A program made the position numbers and the translations under genes. DNA of 64,000 bases, taken from assembly GCA_965231215.1 (NCBI GenBank), contig OZ246423.1, positions 416,571 through 480,570 of the forward strand, given 5' to 3'. This document shows positions 8,734-18,260 of this stretch, piece by piece (position 1 is the first letter of the stretch; the number at the start of each line of letters is the position of its first letter). Below the pieces are notes generated by a model. It saw only the letters and a list, made by a program, of their open reading frames with translations, searched no databases and was not told the origin of the DNA. The DNA comes from Candidatus Altimarinota bacterium (GTDB taxonomy: Bacteria > Patescibacteriota > Gracilibacteria > UBA4473).

Positions 8734-11565
8734 ATGAAATTTATATTTTGGCAAGATATTAAAAAGAAAAACACTAAATGGGTTTACCAACAACCCCTTG
8801 GTGCTCCAGAACAACCCTTAAACAATCCTAAAAATGAACTTTTAGATAAAACGCAGAATGAGCTTAAGGCCCTAGGTGATCAAGCCCTTGAAGGCCTTAA
8901 AGACAAATCTCCTGATGAGCAGTATTCGTTTTTATTACATAGTATTAGTGAACCAGCTGAAAGGCTACAAAAAATCGCTGCTAAAGTAGATATTTCTGTC
9001 TTAAACCGATTAGCTTTAGAAAAGGCACAAATAGCAACAACTCTATTTGCTAATAGACTAAATGGTTTCCTCCCAAAATTAAGTCATGAAGCTCAAGCTT
9101 CTCTCATGAAACAAACTCCAACTGAACAAAGAATAACCCAAAATATCAGTGATGAAGCCGTAAATATTTGTTTTGAAGCCAATTCAAGGGTATTCCTTTC
9201 GAATCAAGATATATATCATCTCATCCCTCGTTTAAGTATCGGTAATCAAAATTTAGTTTTAAAAGAAGTAGTTGGACATGGCAGAGATATTAAAGCAAAC
9301 ATAGTTGAAAACATACAAGAATCTATACTCGTAAGATTTGTAAGAGATAGCCGGGAGGAGGCTTTAAAACTGCTATCTATTCCTTATGGAGACGGCTACA
9401 GAATTGATTTTCTTGATAATGACGTTCTAGAACGAAATATATCTGCCATGGATATGTATGATTCTAGCGTAAAGTTTTTAAAGAAAGACAACGTAACCTA
9501 TGTAAGAACCCCTGGAGGGTATAGAGCCATTATTTCAGATAAATGGGATTTCGGTATTGCCCTGATTTCTCAGACTCAAGCCGAAATCGGGGAAAAAATG
9601 GCAATTGTCACCGGTAGTACTATTAGTACTCTCACTGACCCAGAAGAAATAGCTAATGCTGAAATGGCTCTTAGAAAAGCCCAAGAAAACCCCCCAGCAA
9701 GAATCAAAGATGAATCTTACAATCCTTCTTTCTTTGAAATGACTAAACCTGAAAATGTCAAAAAAGCAGAAGAAATGGAAGCTAACCGGAGAATCAATGC
9801 TAGTACAGCACTAGATTGGAAAAGCTACATAGACACAACGCTGCTCCCCTCTCTCGAAGAGAGTAAAGATATCTCTGAAGAACTAAAATTAAAAATAAAA
9901 GGACTTGTTCATACCCTTAAAGTAGATATCGATAGTGATAAAAATGCAGATAAAACCCTTGATAATGGAGACTATATTGTGAGCCTAGGAAAAATATTCC
10001 AAAACTACTTAGCTACTTTTAGTAAAACAGCTGAAGATTCAGGGCTATCAAAAGAAAAACAATCAGAACTATTTAAAAATTCAGCTCGAAACCTAGAAGA
10101 TTTTGTGGCTCATAGAAAAGAAATTCAATCTCAATTAGCCTCGCAAAACGCTCAAGAAATTATCGCTCTTTTTGGTGATAGTTTAAGTGTAAAACAGATA
10201 GAAACTATTCTTCAAGAAACTGACAACCTAGGCGCAGGAGTAGAATGGACAGAAGAAAGATTCCAAGAAATTTTATCCAAAGCTCAAGCCCAAAATCCTG
10301 AAAACGGCCCAAAACTATTTAAACTGCTAAAACAAAGATTAGCCAACAATATTGATATAGCCGGAACCAAAGGAGTAGAAACTATGATTAAACATGGAAA
10401 AGAAAGAGAAGCTTTTCTCAACAACCCAAGCATCAATGCTATGATGGAAAAATCTCATTGGTTCAGAGAAGGTTTTAAAGAATGTTTAGACGGGCCAATG
10501 AGTATAAACCTTGAAAAAGTTAAACAATGGCGAGCCCGTATTGTAGAAAAAATTGCATCACTAGAAGCAGAAATTGCTAAAGGAGAAAAGACAAAAGAAG
10601 ATCCTGAGGAATACCGAATTATCATAGCCGAAATTGATAAGATAACTTCAAAATATAGTGAAATCAAAAAACGCCATAAAGATGAAGAAGTTTCAATAGC
10701 TGAAGATATTAGAGCCAGAAGTCAGTTTTATAAAGAAAATATTCTTCCGCTATCAGAAACATTTTCTGTGCCTAAGGAAGCCCCCTCAGCAGCCGCTTCA
10801 AGAGCCAGAGAATTCTGGGGAGGTGTTGAAAAAAAGGCAGCAATACACAGAAAAAATCTAGAACTCTTAGCTAAAAATCCTGATTACAAAAATCTAAATC
10901 CTGAGCAACAAGAATCTATGCGGCAAGCCGTCTTGATGGGCGATGCTCTAGAAATGAGTAGTTCTCAGGTAAGCAATTTTATTAGCATCGTCAATGAAAA
11001 CAAAGGGAATGTCCCTAAAAATTTAGACATTGTTGGCGTTTCTAAAGATGGAAAAAATCTTATTATAGCCGACGGAAACAACCAAACTTTTAAATTTATC
11101 ACCAGCAGGAACACCCTAATTCACACCTCACTTGCCAACAGCCCTAATCCAAAACAATTTGAAGTTCCCAAAAATGAAATCGGAAGTGCACAATTTACTT
11201 ACAAATTCTTTTCTGGTTTTATGGGAATAGGAAAAGACCAACGAGCAGCTGTAGACAATATGCGACGCATTGGTGGTCGGACCTGGCCTATAATGCTCGA
11301 AGAACTTCTCGGACAAGATGCGCGAAATAATATGACAGGCAAAGAACTAGATCGTAGTTACCATTTGGGAGCACAACTTAAAGGTCTAACTCCACCAAAA
11401 ACACCTGCCGAATTCTTTGAAGCTTTATTAGGAACAAAAGCTGACGGAACCGTAAACCAAAACGAAGCCGGAAGAAAAATGAAGCAAGGTCAGTTCTATA
11501 AAATTTGGAGAGCTAGTGAAAACCTTGCTCCAAGTCAGCCACTCCAAGACTTATTTAAAGAATAA
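8734..11565 (+). CDS. large charged/coiled-coil hypothetical protein without signal peptide; C-terminal ~170 aa shared with the next gene
   Basis: Track ORF of 943 aa with no N-terminal hydrophobic region. C-terminal block: TLIHTSLANSPNPKQFEVPKNEIGSAQFTYKFFSGFMGIGKDQRAAVDNMRRIGGRTWPIMLEELLG...KTPAEFFEALLG. Confidence 0.85.
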   Translation: MKFIFWQDIKKKNTKWVYQQPLGAPEQPLNNPKNELLDKTQNELKALGDQALEGLKDKSPDEQYSFLLHSISEPAERLQKIAAKVDISVLNRLALEKAQIATTLFANRLNGFLPKLSHEAQASLMKQTPTEQRITQNISDEAVNICFEANSRVFLSNQDIYHLIPRLSIGNQNLVLKEVVGHGRDIKANIVENIQESILVRFVRDSREEALKLLSIPYGDGYRIDFLDNDVLERNISAMDMYDSSVKFLKKDNVTYVRTPGGYRAIISDKWDFGIALISQTQAEIGEKMAIVTGSTISTLTDPEEIANAEMALRKAQENPPARIKDESYNPSFFEMTKPENVKKAEEMEANRRINASTALDWKSYIDTTLLPSLEESKDISEELKLKIKGLVHTLKVDIDSDKNADKTLDNGDYIVSLGKIFQNYLATFSKTAEDSGLSKEKQSELFKNSARNLEDFVAHRKEIQSQLASQNAQEIIALFGDSLSVKQIETILQETDNLGAGVEWTEERFQEILSKAQAQNPENGPKLFKLLKQRLANNIDIAGTKGVETMIKHGKEREAFLNNPSINAMMEKSHWFREGFKECLDGPMSINLEKVKQWRARIVEKIASLEAEIAKGEKTKEDPEEYRIIIAEIDKITSKYSEIKKRHKDEEVSIAEDIRARSQFYKENILPLSETFSVPKEAPSAAASRAREFWGGVEKKAAIHRKNLELLAKNPDYKNLNPEQQESMRQAVLMGDALEMSSSQVSNFISIVNENKGNVPKNLDIVGVSKDGKNLIIADGNNQTFKFITSRNTLIHTSLANSPNPKQFEVPKNEIGSAQFTYKFFSGFMGIGKDQRAAVDNMRRIGGRTWPIMLEELLGQDARNNMTGKELDRSYHLGAQLKGLTPPKTPAEFFEALLGTKADGTVNQNEAGRKMKQGQFYKIWRASENLAPSQPLQDLFKE

Positions 11566-11630
11566 TTAAATTATTCTCCTCCATTGTTTTATCTTTCCTT
11601 CTGTGATACAATGATGGGAATTTTTATGGG

Positions 11631-13766
11631 ATGAAAGCGCTTAAATCAACCCCAAACCTGCTAGTTGAATCCAAATTCTGCTGGAATTTACCCCCCCCAG
11701 GAGGAGATATCCCTACAGGTGGAGAAACCGTAGAAAATACCAAAGCCAATAAACCACCTGAAACCATTGTAGGGTTAGCTAAAGCTAGAGCTGAAAGACC
11801 AGACGATGCTCAAATCAAAGCAAAACTAGATAACTGCATACACTCTAAAATAAAAGAATTATGTGAAAACCCTCCAATTGATCCTCAAAGTGTAGAGTCT
11901 CTTAAAGGTGAGATTCAAACCGCAATGGCCGAAAATCCAACCATTGCCGGCGAACTCAATGGACACATCAAGACTATTCAGGTAATGGTAAAAGATGAAA
12001 AGGGAGGAGCAGCTGTTCAAGTAGCTAGTACTGATCCATCTATTGGTGTATCCAATCCTCCTCAAGCAAAAGAGGCTGGAGATCAAAAAACAACCGACCC
12101 AGGAATAGAAACTACTACAGCCCCAGCTGAAGGAAACGGTATTTATGAAAGTTTAAACGGAGGCGAAAGCTATCAAGTAACTATCTTGAAAAGGCAGGCT
12201 CAGGAAACTACTGAAAAAATTTCTGAAAATAGAGACCAATTTGAATCAATAGTAAAAGGGATGAAGGGCGTAAGCCCTGAAGCAAGACAAAAAATTATGG
12301 AAAGAGTTAAAGAATTAGAATTTAACCCAGAAAGATTAACCGACCCAGAAAAATATAGGGAGCTAATCATCAACTCTGTACAAGGGTTAAGTCCAAAAGA
12401 AATGAAATCCATACGGGAAAATTCTGCATTTATGCAAGCCCTAGATGCAAGATTCCCGCTGATCCAAAAAAGGTACGAAATAAGAAGTAAAATAGCCAAA
12501 GAACAAGCCCAACAAGAAGGAGCAGATTCAGCCCGAAACCTCATTAAAGAGGCTGATTCAGAATTCATGAAAGGCATAATCAATGAGGAAACGTACGCCG
12601 CTTTAGTAGACGTAAATTGTGCTCTTCATGATCCAGCACAGCTCATTACCAATATAGATCAAGCTATTACAGACGTATCAAAAGCCAAGCCACAATTCGG
12701 CCCTGATATGAATACTGATAGGCATGATATTATAGCTTTTAACAATAAGAGGGAACTCTTACTTTCGCAGTTAAAAAAAGCAAAGAAAAGACTGACAGAA
12801 TTAAAAGCTATTGATGATGATAGTAAAAGAAAAGTTGAAGCTACAGAAACGGTTTCCGAATCTGTTGATACAGAAATAGAAAGAATCGAAAACAACGACA
12901 ATGTAAGAGGCGCCTATCATCAAATAGCTAACTCTGAAGTAGTAAAACAAACCGGTTCTGCTGGAAAACAAGTAACCCAATTTTTAGCCCTCCCAGATAA
13001 GCAGCTTACCCCTGAAAACGTTGAAAGGGTAATGAAGGTCGCTAACGACCCTACATTCATTAATGCATCAGAGCAAGAGCGTGAAAATATTTTTGCTGAA
13101 AGAATAGGGCAAAAATTGTATCAAGAAATTCAAGAGGCTAATCCAAAATTCAAAAACAGCCCAGATAATTATCAAAGAGCTTTGAGCTTTGGGAAACTCC
13201 ATGGCAACGGAAATGAAGTAACACCCACAGAAGACCCAGAAGTCTTTAACGTTAAAATTGAAGGTCAAAATTATCACCTTGATACCGGTGATAACACCAT
13301 TATTCATACAGATCTAGCTGAATCTGAAAACGCCGATTACTTCAAAGTCCCTTCTGATGAATTGGGAAGTGCTCAATTTACCAAAGAATTCCTTACCGGA
13401 TTCATGGGGATAGGTAGAAGTAAGCGAACCGCCATGAAACAAGTCAGAGCCATTGGAGGAGGCGACTGGGATATTATTCTCAGGAATGCTATTGGACTAA
13501 GAGCTTTCAAAAATTTAGGCAAACTAGAAAAGATCAAAGCTTTTAATTTTGGAAAAGCGCTCAGAGACGCCAAAAAAACACCTCGAGAACTATTCATCAC
13601 ACTGCTTGGAGAAGACATAGATAGTTCAGCCAACCAAGGAAATGCTGGCAATTCAGAACATTTTGAAAATTTAAAACGAACAAATAGGGCTCTAAAAGGG
13701 CACCCCACTATTTTAAATCTCTGGCAAAACGGAGGACAAGGAGTAGAAAATGTGTTTAAAAAATAA
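11631..13766 (+). CDS. large charged hypothetical protein without signal peptide; paralogous C-terminal domain
   Basis: Track ORF of 711 aa. C-terminal block: TIIHTDLAESENADYFKVPSDELGSAQFTKEFLTGFMGIGRSKRTAMKQVRAIGGGDWDIILRNAIG...KTPRELFITLLG. This aligns with the C-terminus of the 943-aa protein. Confidence 0.85.
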   Translation: MKALKSTPNLLVESKFCWNLPPPGGDIPTGGETVENTKANKPPETIVGLAKARAERPDDAQIKAKLDNCIHSKIKELCENPPIDPQSVESLKGEIQTAMAENPTIAGELNGHIKTIQVMVKDEKGGAAVQVASTDPSIGVSNPPQAKEAGDQKTTDPGIETTTAPAEGNGIYESLNGGESYQVTILKRQAQETTEKISENRDQFESIVKGMKGVSPEARQKIMERVKELEFNPERLTDPEKYRELIINSVQGLSPKEMKSIRENSAFMQALDARFPLIQKRYEIRSKIAKEQAQQEGADSARNLIKEADSEFMKGIINEETYAALVDVNCALHDPAQLITNIDQAITDVSKAKPQFGPDMNTDRHDIIAFNNKRELLLSQLKKAKKRLTELKAIDDDSKRKVEATETVSESVDTEIERIENNDNVRGAYHQIANSEVVKQTGSAGKQVTQFLALPDKQLTPENVERVMKVANDPTFINASEQERENIFAERIGQKLYQEIQEANPKFKNSPDNYQRALSFGKLHGNGNEVTPTEDPEVFNVKIEGQNYHLDTGDNTIIHTDLAESENADYFKVPSDELGSAQFTKEFLTGFMGIGRSKRTAMKQVRAIGGGDWDIILRNAIGLRAFKNLGKLEKIKAFNFGKALRDAKKTPRELFITLLGEDIDSSANQGNAGNSEHFENLKRTNRALKGHPTILNLWQNGGQGVENVFKK

Positions 13767-13792
13767 AAATCCAAAATAGAGAAATAATTAGT

Positions 13793-13819
13793 TTAGCACT
13801 CACTTGATTTGTTTGCTAA
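13793..13819 (+). promoter_or_regulatory. CIRCE-like inverted repeat (HrcA operator) upstream of dnaJ
   Basis: The element reads ttagcactc-N9-gtttgctaa. The left arm matches the CIRCE consensus TTAGCACTC exactly, the spacer is 9 nt, and the right arm matches GAGTGCTAA at 7 of 9 positions. It lies 36 nt upstream of the dnaJ ATG. Confidence 0.6.
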
Positions 13820-13854
13820 AAATAAGTACTCTCAAAAGGTCTTAAATATTTTTG

Positions 13855-14910
13855 ATGTCCGAAAGTCCATATGAAATTTTAGGCGTATCTAAAAACGCTA
13901 GCAAAGCCGATATTAAAAAAGCTTTTAGAGAAAAGGCCAAAAAACACCATCCAGATAAAGGCGGTGATGAAGCCACCTTTAAAAAAATTAACCAAGCCTA
14001 CGAAATTTTAGGCGACGACCAAAAGCGAGCTCAATATGACCAATTCGGCTCTATGGGTGGCAGACCTGGTGGAATGGGCGGCGGTTTCCAGGGACAAAAT
14101 GTAAATTTTGATTTTGGAGGGGCTGACTTTGAAGATATTTTTTCTAGTTTCTTTGGAGGGGTTTCTGGACGTACTCAAGCCCGAAACCAAGAAAACTATC
14201 AAAAAGGAGCCGACCTAGAAGTAGACATTGAAATCAGCTTTGAAGATTCGGTTAAAGGCAAAACGGAAAAACTCACGGCCCGACGCTACAAGACCTGTGA
14301 TAAATGTAACGGTAAAGGGGGAGAAGGTGAAAAAACCTGTCCTACCTGTAACGGTTCAGGATACGCTACCAAGCAATTTCAAACACCCTTTGGAGTCGCT
14401 CAACAAAGAACCACCTGTGGCACCTGTCACGGTACGGGAAAAACCTTTGAAAACTTATGCAAAAAATGCGCTGGAGAAGGTCGAATTGAAGAAAAAACTA
14501 CTATTGAAATAAACATCCCCGCTGGAATAGAGCACGGTATGACCCTCCGTCTCCGAGGAGAAGGCGACGCAGGAAAAAACGGAGGACCCGCTGGAGATCT
14601 GTATGTACATGTAAGTGTTCCGCCTTCAAGGGAATTTAGTCGTGAAGGGTTACACCTCACCACTACCTTAGAAGTGCCGATTCTCGAAGCCATTACCGGT
14701 ACAGAGAAAGAAGTGAAAACCTTTTGGGAAAAGACTACTATTACCATCCCTGAAAAAACCCAAGACGGCCAAATCCTCAGAATTAAAGGAGAAGGCATAA
14801 AACGTGATGGACAAATCGGAGACCATCTCGTAAAAGTGGTACACCAAATGCCAAAAAAGATCAGTTCCAAACTAAAGGCAAAATTAGAAGAAGCTCAAAA
14901 GCTAACTTAA
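13855..14910 (+). CDS. dnaJ: molecular chaperone DnaJ
   Basis: It has a J-domain (YEILGV...KKHHPDK), a G/F-rich linker and four CxxCxGxG zinc-finger motifs (CDKCNGKG, CPTCNGSG, CGTCHGTG, CKKCAGEG). The track start at 13852 is TTG, and ATG at 13855 is more likely. Confidence 0.95.
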   Translation: MSESPYEILGVSKNASKADIKKAFREKAKKHHPDKGGDEATFKKINQAYEILGDDQKRAQYDQFGSMGGRPGGMGGGFQGQNVNFDFGGADFEDIFSSFFGGVSGRTQARNQENYQKGADLEVDIEISFEDSVKGKTEKLTARRYKTCDKCNGKGGEGEKTCPTCNGSGYATKQFQTPFGVAQQRTTCGTCHGTGKTFENLCKKCAGEGRIEEKTTIEINIPAGIEHGMTLRLRGEGDAGKNGGPAGDLYVHVSVPPSREFSREGLHLTTTLEVPILEAITGTEKEVKTFWEKTTITIPEKTQDGQILRIKGEGIKRDGQIGDHLVKVVHQMPKKISSKLKAKLEEAQKLT

Positions 14911-14924
14911 AGTAAAACCTAAAA

Positions 14925-15094
14925 TTCCCCTTTTCTCTAAATTTATCAATAAAAACCGATAATATTTCGTCAAAAAGGGAACTCTCTGAGCGCAGCGAGT
15001 TTTGGCTTTTCAGAAAATAAATCGAGATTTTATATAAATTTAAGACCAGGGGGCCCTTTTTTGGCTCGTTTTTTGGCTACGCAAAAAATGAACC
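14925..15094 (+). repeat. intergenic repeat element, copy A (~170 nt)
   Basis: It shares an ordered series of blocks with 58462-58625: ttcccctt, attYcgtcaMaaag, tctgagcgMagcgagtt, GC palindrome + T-run (gggccctttttt / aggcctttt), and a terminal A/T-rich hairpin (cgttttttgg-ctac-gcaaaaaatgaac). Confidence 0.55.
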
Positions 15095-15103
15095 ATACCC
15101 TAA

Positions 15104-15247
15104 CTAGCAGTTAAGCCCTTTAGCACGTAGTTCATCTCGCTTAGCTCGAGCTTTAGCTTTGTTAGCTCGTTTAGAAAGAGTACTTTTACGTCGGCGTTCG
15201 TTAATTTCGTGCCCTCCGTGTTGTTTAGCTGAACCTCGATTAGTCAT
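15104..15247 (-). CDS. possible small basic protein (47 aa), function unknown
   Basis: It is below the track cutoff. My translation is MTNRGSAKQHGGHEINERRRKSTLSKRANKAKARAKRDELRAKGLNC*. It is the only open frame in this gap. It has no obvious SD and I recognise no family. Confidence 0.3.
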   Translation of the reverse strand: MTNRGSAKQHGGHEINERRRKSTLSKRANKAKARAKRDELRAKGLNC

Positions 15248-15386
15248 TAGTTTAAACTTAAAATCGATCCGCAATATATGGCTTTTACCGCGCCTGTCAA
15301 ATAATCATTAATCTAAGCCCCCTCAATCTGATCAAAATGCTACCAGAATAAATTCCTATTGTTTGGTTGCCTTAGAAAAATTTCTT

Positions 15387-15414
15387 CAGTTTTTTAGCCA
15401 GGCAAAAAATAAAC
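15387..15414 (+). repeat. partial copy of the terminal hairpin of the intergenic repeat
   Basis: The sequence cagttttttagccaggcaaaaaataaac is homologous to cgttttttggctacgcaaaaaatgaac (15067-15093) and gttcatttttgatcatgcaaaaatgaac (58598-58625). It lies just downstream of the pth stop. Confidence 0.4.
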
Positions 15415-15422
15415 AGAATCCC

Positions 15423-15953
15423 CTACAGGACATCCAAGAGTTTTTTACACCCTTCTTCAATAATTTTTGGAATCTGCTCCCTCTCTTCAGGTGTAAACTG
15501 TGAAAGCACAAAATCTTCAGTTCTAAAATAAGACCTGTTTTCATTAGAAATCCCAAACTTCAAACGTGCGAACTGATCAGTTCCGAGTACTTCAATGATA
15601 TGTTCTAGCCCTTTCTGCCCACCAGAAGTTCCTCGTTCTCGAAATCTATGAGACCCAAAGTCTTGATCCAAATCATCTGAAATAATAAATAAATCCTCGA
15701 TAGGAATCTTATAAAACCGCTGAATGGAACCTACGGCCTGGCCACTCACATTCATAAAAGTCTGTGGCTTACACAAAATTATCTTTTCTCCGTCAATCTG
15801 TCCATAACTAACCACCGCATGAAACTTCTTTTCTAGCTTCCATTCAGAGAAATTAAATTTTTCCGCCAGAGCCTCTACCGCCATAAACCCAAAGTTATGA
15901 CGAGTATTTCTATACTTTGGCGGATGATTTCCAAGACCCACAATTAAACGCAT
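15423..15953 (-). CDS. pth: peptidyl-tRNA hydrolase
   Basis: The sequence MRLIVGLGNHPPKYRNTRHNFGFMAV... is a canonical Pth N-terminus. I place the start at the internal ATG (complement of 15951-15953) rather than the track start at 16016. Confidence 0.9.
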   Translation of the reverse strand: MRLIVGLGNHPPKYRNTRHNFGFMAVEALAEKFNFSEWKLEKKFHAVVSYGQIDGEKIILCKPQTFMNVSGQAVGSIQRFYKIPIEDLFIISDDLDQDFGSHRFRERGTSGGQKGLEHIIEVLGTDQFARLKFGISNENRSYFRTEDFVLSQFTPEEREQIPKIIEEGCKKLLDVL

Positions 15954-16043
15954 CGTGTGAAATTTTAAAGTACTCACTCCAAACTTCAAACACCAAACTT
16001 GAATTTTAGAACACAAATTTGTAATTTAGGATTCGATATACGA

Positions 16044-16463
16044 ATGTCTAACAACCGACAAAAAACTGAAGTCTATTCCCCTAAAAGCGTCATTTCTATG
16101 GTGTTGCTATTTTTTATTTTATTCTGGCTTCTCTACTCTATTGGAAGCTTTCTACATGAATCTAAAAAAATTCAGGATGAAATTGAAGCCATTCGCAAAA
16201 CCAACGTAGAACTACAACAAGAAATAAAAAACAAAGAGCAGCTACTGGCGTATCTCAAAACGCCTCAACGCATTGAAAAAGAAGCCAAAATGCAGATGGG
16301 CAAACGCCTCCCTGGTGAAAATGTAATTGTACTCGTAGAAGAATCCCTTGATATTCTTCCCACCGAAGTTAAAAGACAGCGAGCCGAACGGATAAAACAA
16401 GTCCCTAATTGGGAAAAGTGGAAATGGCTACTGCTTTCTCCCGAAAGAAAAATTATTTTTTAG
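16044..16463 (+). CDS. septum formation initiator family protein (FtsB/DivIC-like)
   Basis: It has a single N-terminal TM (ISMVLLFFILFWLLYSIGSF) followed by a coiled coil (IQDEIEAIRKTNVELQQEIKNKEQLLAYLKTPQRIEKEAK). ATG at 16044 is more likely than the track start at 15999. Confidence 0.6.
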   Translation: MSNNRQKTEVYSPKSVISMVLLFFILFWLLYSIGSFLHESKKIQDEIEAIRKTNVELQQEIKNKEQLLAYLKTPQRIEKEAKMQMGKRLPGENVIVLVEESLDILPTEVKRQRAERIKQVPNWEKWKWLLLSPERKIIF

Positions 16464-18141
16464 TTTTTGCCTTTGTGGCTTTTGCTTTCTTTGATTCTTT
16501 TTGAAAGTCTTTTTCACGCTGTAAAGCTATCAAAATATTCCCCGCTAAAACCGCATGAAAAAACTGAGTTTTTGGGTTATAAACAATCTTAGTAACCACT
16601 CGTTCCGGCAAGTAAAGGCCCCCTAAAAGTGTGCCCTCTAAATCAATTTCTCGAACACATCCATCATTTGAACCAAAAAAGATAGTATCCCCAATTAAAT
16701 TTGGTTGTGAAAGGATTCTCCCAATAGTCTTCACCCTTTTTACCAGTTCATTTTTTTGAAGATCATAGATATAGAGATGCTTATCACAGCCTCCTATGTA
16801 TACCCGGTCCTTAATAACTGTAGGCGTACTGTAGAGCGCATAATTAGTTTTGTATCTAAAATTTTCTTCCCCAGAATCCAAATCAATTCCATAAATATGC
16901 CAATCAAACGAAGGCACAATGACTTGGTTTCTTTTAACATCAAAAGCCACACTCGCCTTGCTTTCTCCTTCCATTTGAAACTCCCACTGAAAATCTCCAT
17001 TGCGTGCATTAAAACACAAGGCCGTTTTGTCATTTGTCCCTACTACAACTAATTTTTTCTCTGGACAATACGCTGGGGTCCCATGCAAATAATGACGCAG
17101 AAAAAATTCCCAGACTTTTTCGCCAGTTTCTAAATCCAACGCCACCAGTGAGCCCTGATTATCATACACATTATGCTCAAGCCCAACAAAGGCCAACCCA
17201 AGATCTTCAGCTATAGCTGGTGATGAGCCAACATAATCAGCTTCACTAAACTCCCAGATACTTTTCCCCGTTTTTCGATCCAAGTTATAAACAGTCCCAT
17301 CATAAGCTCCAAAAATAACCCCATCCCCATAAATAGCCGGACTTGAAAAAATACCTTTGATAGATTCTCCTGTCTGACGCTCCCACACTTTTTTTCCCGT
17401 TTTCTGATTTATGGCATAAAAGTAACCATTATCAGCCCCATAATAAATATTCTTATCGTCAAAAATGGGATTAGAACGAGGAATAATAATGGCAAAATTA
17501 GGGTATGGAGGTTCATATATCCAGCGAGTAACGAGGGTAGGTTCGGTCGGAAAAATAGGTTCATTTCCTCCTAAACACAGACCAAAATCATCCAGGTTAA
17601 AGAGCGCCTTTAGTTTTACCTTGAGCTCTTTTTTTAAGTATTTGTCTACGCCTTTTCTCTGAAAATCAACAAATACAAAAACACGGCTTACTTTTTTCTT
17701 TTCTTGTTCAACTGCCGCAACAACCCGTCCAATAGAGCCCCCTGAATTAATCAAATCATCTACCACTACTATTGGATCATCCGTAAGAGTCCCTTCAATC
17801 TGTTTGCAAAGCCCGGCTTTTTTACGGCTTTTTCGTACAATAAATCCATTTACATCATACCCTCGCATCTTCCCTTTCATCAAAATACCAGCCACCAGTG
17901 GAATAGCCCCTACTTCTAACCCCCCTACTTGAAAAGGCCAGGCCTCTTCCATCTCATCCCAAAAAACTTCCGTTATTAAATCCAAATCTTTCGTCGTCAC
18001 AAAAAGGCGACGCATATCAAAAAGCCAACCACATTTAGTCCCATCCTTATGTCGTATAATTTCTTCAGTCTCATCAGAAAAACAAAGTGCTTTATCTTTT
18101 ATTAAATTAAATAATTCCGACCTTTTTTTACTTTTTGACAT
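16453..18141 (-). CDS. fusion protein: N-terminal type-I phosphoribosyltransferase domain + C-terminal PQQ-like beta-propeller repeats
   Basis: Track ORF of 562 aa. The N-terminal ~170 aa are OPRT-like with the PRPP loop PIVVVDDLINSGGSIG. The rest is repeated Y.G..DG.vYa.d..tGk..W motifs (YYGADNGYFYAINQKTGKKVWE, FGAYDGTVYNLDRKTGKSIWEF, SLVALDLETGEKVWEF). Confidence 0.75.
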   Translation of the reverse strand: MSKSKKRSELFNLIKDKALCFSDETEEIIRHKDGTKCGWLFDMRRLFVTTKDLDLITEVFWDEMEEAWPFQVGGLEVGAIPLVAGILMKGKMRGYDVNGFIVRKSRKKAGLCKQIEGTLTDDPIVVVDDLINSGGSIGRVVAAVEQEKKKVSRVFVFVDFQRKGVDKYLKKELKVKLKALFNLDDFGLCLGGNEPIFPTEPTLVTRWIYEPPYPNFAIIIPRSNPIFDDKNIYYGADNGYFYAINQKTGKKVWERQTGESIKGIFSSPAIYGDGVIFGAYDGTVYNLDRKTGKSIWEFSEADYVGSSPAIAEDLGLAFVGLEHNVYDNQGSLVALDLETGEKVWEFFLRHYLHGTPAYCPEKKLVVVGTNDKTALCFNARNGDFQWEFQMEGESKASVAFDVKRNQVIVPSFDWHIYGIDLDSGEENFRYKTNYALYSTPTVIKDRVYIGGCDKHLYIYDLQKNELVKRVKTIGRILSQPNLIGDTIFFGSNDGCVREIDLEGTLLGGLYLPERVVTKIVYNPKTQFFHAVLAGNILIALQREKDFQKESKKAKATKAKTKK

Positions 18142-18260
18142 GTGGGTCTAATGGTAAAAATTTTTTTTTAATTTGTACAACCAGAAACTAGTCAATTCTG
18201 TTATATACAACAAAAAATTTGACATCCCCATAAAATTACCCAAAATCGAAACTGTCCTTA

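Noticed and set aside
1857-13766. Calling block A a type IV secretion system or conjugative element
   Set aside because: Only the coupling-protein-like ATPase is present. I found no VirB4/B6/B8-B11, relaxase, pilin, integrase or oriT-like features in the window.
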